A DNA stretch of 63,849 nt, filler included, from Chiloscyllium plagiosum (lineage: Eukaryota): the NCBI RefSeq assembly GCF_004010195.1. It is 6 parts of one record of this genome, joined end to end, with 100 filler letters (N's around TTAATTAATTAA, not from the genome) between each part and the next. Parts side by side here need not be neighbours in the genome. Positions count along the whole stretch, not along the records: positions 61,111 to 63,849 come from NC_057713.1; 5 more parts are not named here. The stretch is one strand, 5' to 3'. Below are positions 62,640 through 63,849 of this stretch, piece after piece (within the stretch, counting starts at the first letter, position 1; every line of letters starts with the position of its first letter). The position numbers were made by a program, and so were the translations under genes. A model generated the notes under the pieces. It did no database searches. It was not told the DNA's origin and saw nothing but the letters and a program-made list of their open reading frames with translations.

Positions 62640-63460
62640 GAGACATAGAGTCACAGAGTTAAACAGCATAGAAACAGACCCTTCAGTACAACTCATCCAT
62701 GCCAACCAGATATCCTAAATTAATCTAGTCCCATTTACCAGCATTTGGCCCATATCCCTCTAAACCCTTCGTATTCATATACCCATCTAGATGTCTTTTA
62801 AATGTTGTAATTGTACCAGACTCCACCACTTCCTTTGGCAGCTCATTCCATACACACACCACCCTCTGCATGAAAAAGCTGCCCCTTAGGTCCCTTTTAA
62901 ATCTTTCCCCTCTCACCTTAAACCTATGCCCTCTAGTCCTGGACTCCTCTACCTCGGGGAAAAGACCTTGACTATTCATCCTATCCATGTCCCTCACGAT
63001 TTTATAAACTTTTATCAGGCCACCCCTGAGCCTCCGATGTGCCAGGGAAAACAGCCCTAGCTTATTAAGCCTCTCCCAGAAGCTCAACAATCCAACCTTG
63101 GCAATGTCATTGGAAATCTTTTGAACCCTCTTCTACAGCAAGGAGATTAGAGTAGAATGTAGTATTCCATCAGTGGCCTAACCAATGTCCTGTAACATAA
63201 CGTCCCAACTCCTATACTCAATGCTCTTACAATAAAGGCAAGTGTACCAAATGCCTTCTTCACTATCCTGCATCTCCACTCTCAAGGAACTATGAACCTG
63301 CACTTCAATGTCTCATTGTTTGGCAACACACCCCAGGCCATTACCATTAAGTGTACAAATCCTCCCCTGATTTGCCTTTCCAAAATGCAGCACTTCACAT
63401 TTATCTAAGCTAAACTTCATTTGCCACTCCTCAGTCCATTGGCTCATCTGATCAAGATCC
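62640..63460 (-). mobile_element. CR1 (HER1-like) 3' fragment
   Basis: ORF 62725-63090 reads ERLNKLGLFSL...RTRGHRFKVRGERFKRDLRGSFFMQRVV. Confidence 0.88.
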
Positions 63461-63467
63461 CGCTGGA

Positions 63468-63849
63468 TACTCCCACAGCTACCTGGATTACACCTCCTCC
63501 CACCCTATCTCTTGCAAAAATACCATCCCGTATTCCCAATTCCTCCGCCTCCGCCGTATCTGCTCCCAGGAGGACCAGTTCCACCATAGAACACACCAGA
63601 TGGCCTCCTTCTTTAGAGACCGCAATTTCCCTTCCCACGTGGTTAAAGATGCCCTCCAACGCATCTCGTCCACATCCCGCACCTCCGCCCTCAGACCTAA
63701 CCAAGGCCCTAAAGGAGCCTTCCACATCCATCAAAGTTTTACCTGCACATCCACTAATATCATCTATTGTATCCGTTGCTCCCGATGCGGTCTCATCTAC
63801 ACCGGGGAGACTGGGCGCCTCCTAGCAGAGCACTTTAGGGAACATCTCC
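63468..63849 (+). mobile_element. Neptune-type PLE fragment: RT thumb fused to GIY-YIG, runs off the window
   Basis: SHSYLDYTSSHP...IPYSQFLRLRRICS...RTSALRP, then QGPKGAFHIHQSFTCTSTNIIYCIRCSRCGLIYTGETG. Confidence 0.88.

Overview
Repeat-dominated vertebrate genomic DNA, almost certainly from a shark. The evidence is HE1-like V-SINEs with CR1/HER1-type tails plus abundant Penelope-like elements (PLEs); a bamboo-shark-like orectolobiform is only an inference. It is a draft assembly with eight N gaps, five of which carry an artificial TTAATTAATTAA six-frame-stop linker. I could not identify any host protein-coding gene. Every recognisable ORF is a retroelement fragment: CR1 ORF2, a second CR1-group LINE, Rex1/Babar, L1, and PLE RT/GIY-YIG. 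The remainder looks intronic or intergenic, with one well-signalled 20-nt candidate micro-exon on the minus strand (6145-6164). The most interesting structure is PLE-related. (1) Minimal hammerhead-ribozyme (HHR) motifs occur in the pseudo-LTRs (pLTRs) of several PLE families, including a U3-A8 core variant. (2) Several 100-230 bp pLTR-only insertions, mostly fold-backs, have their own 13-15 bp target-site duplications (TSDs). (3) One heavily rearranged PLE copy (48079-49990) combines a twin-priming-type inversion, short stutter duplications, ten perfect 39-bp copies of the Cys-linker segment, and a jump to a tandem HHR pair. Boundaries of old repeats are approximate (tens of bp), and family names come from motif recognition, not database searches.
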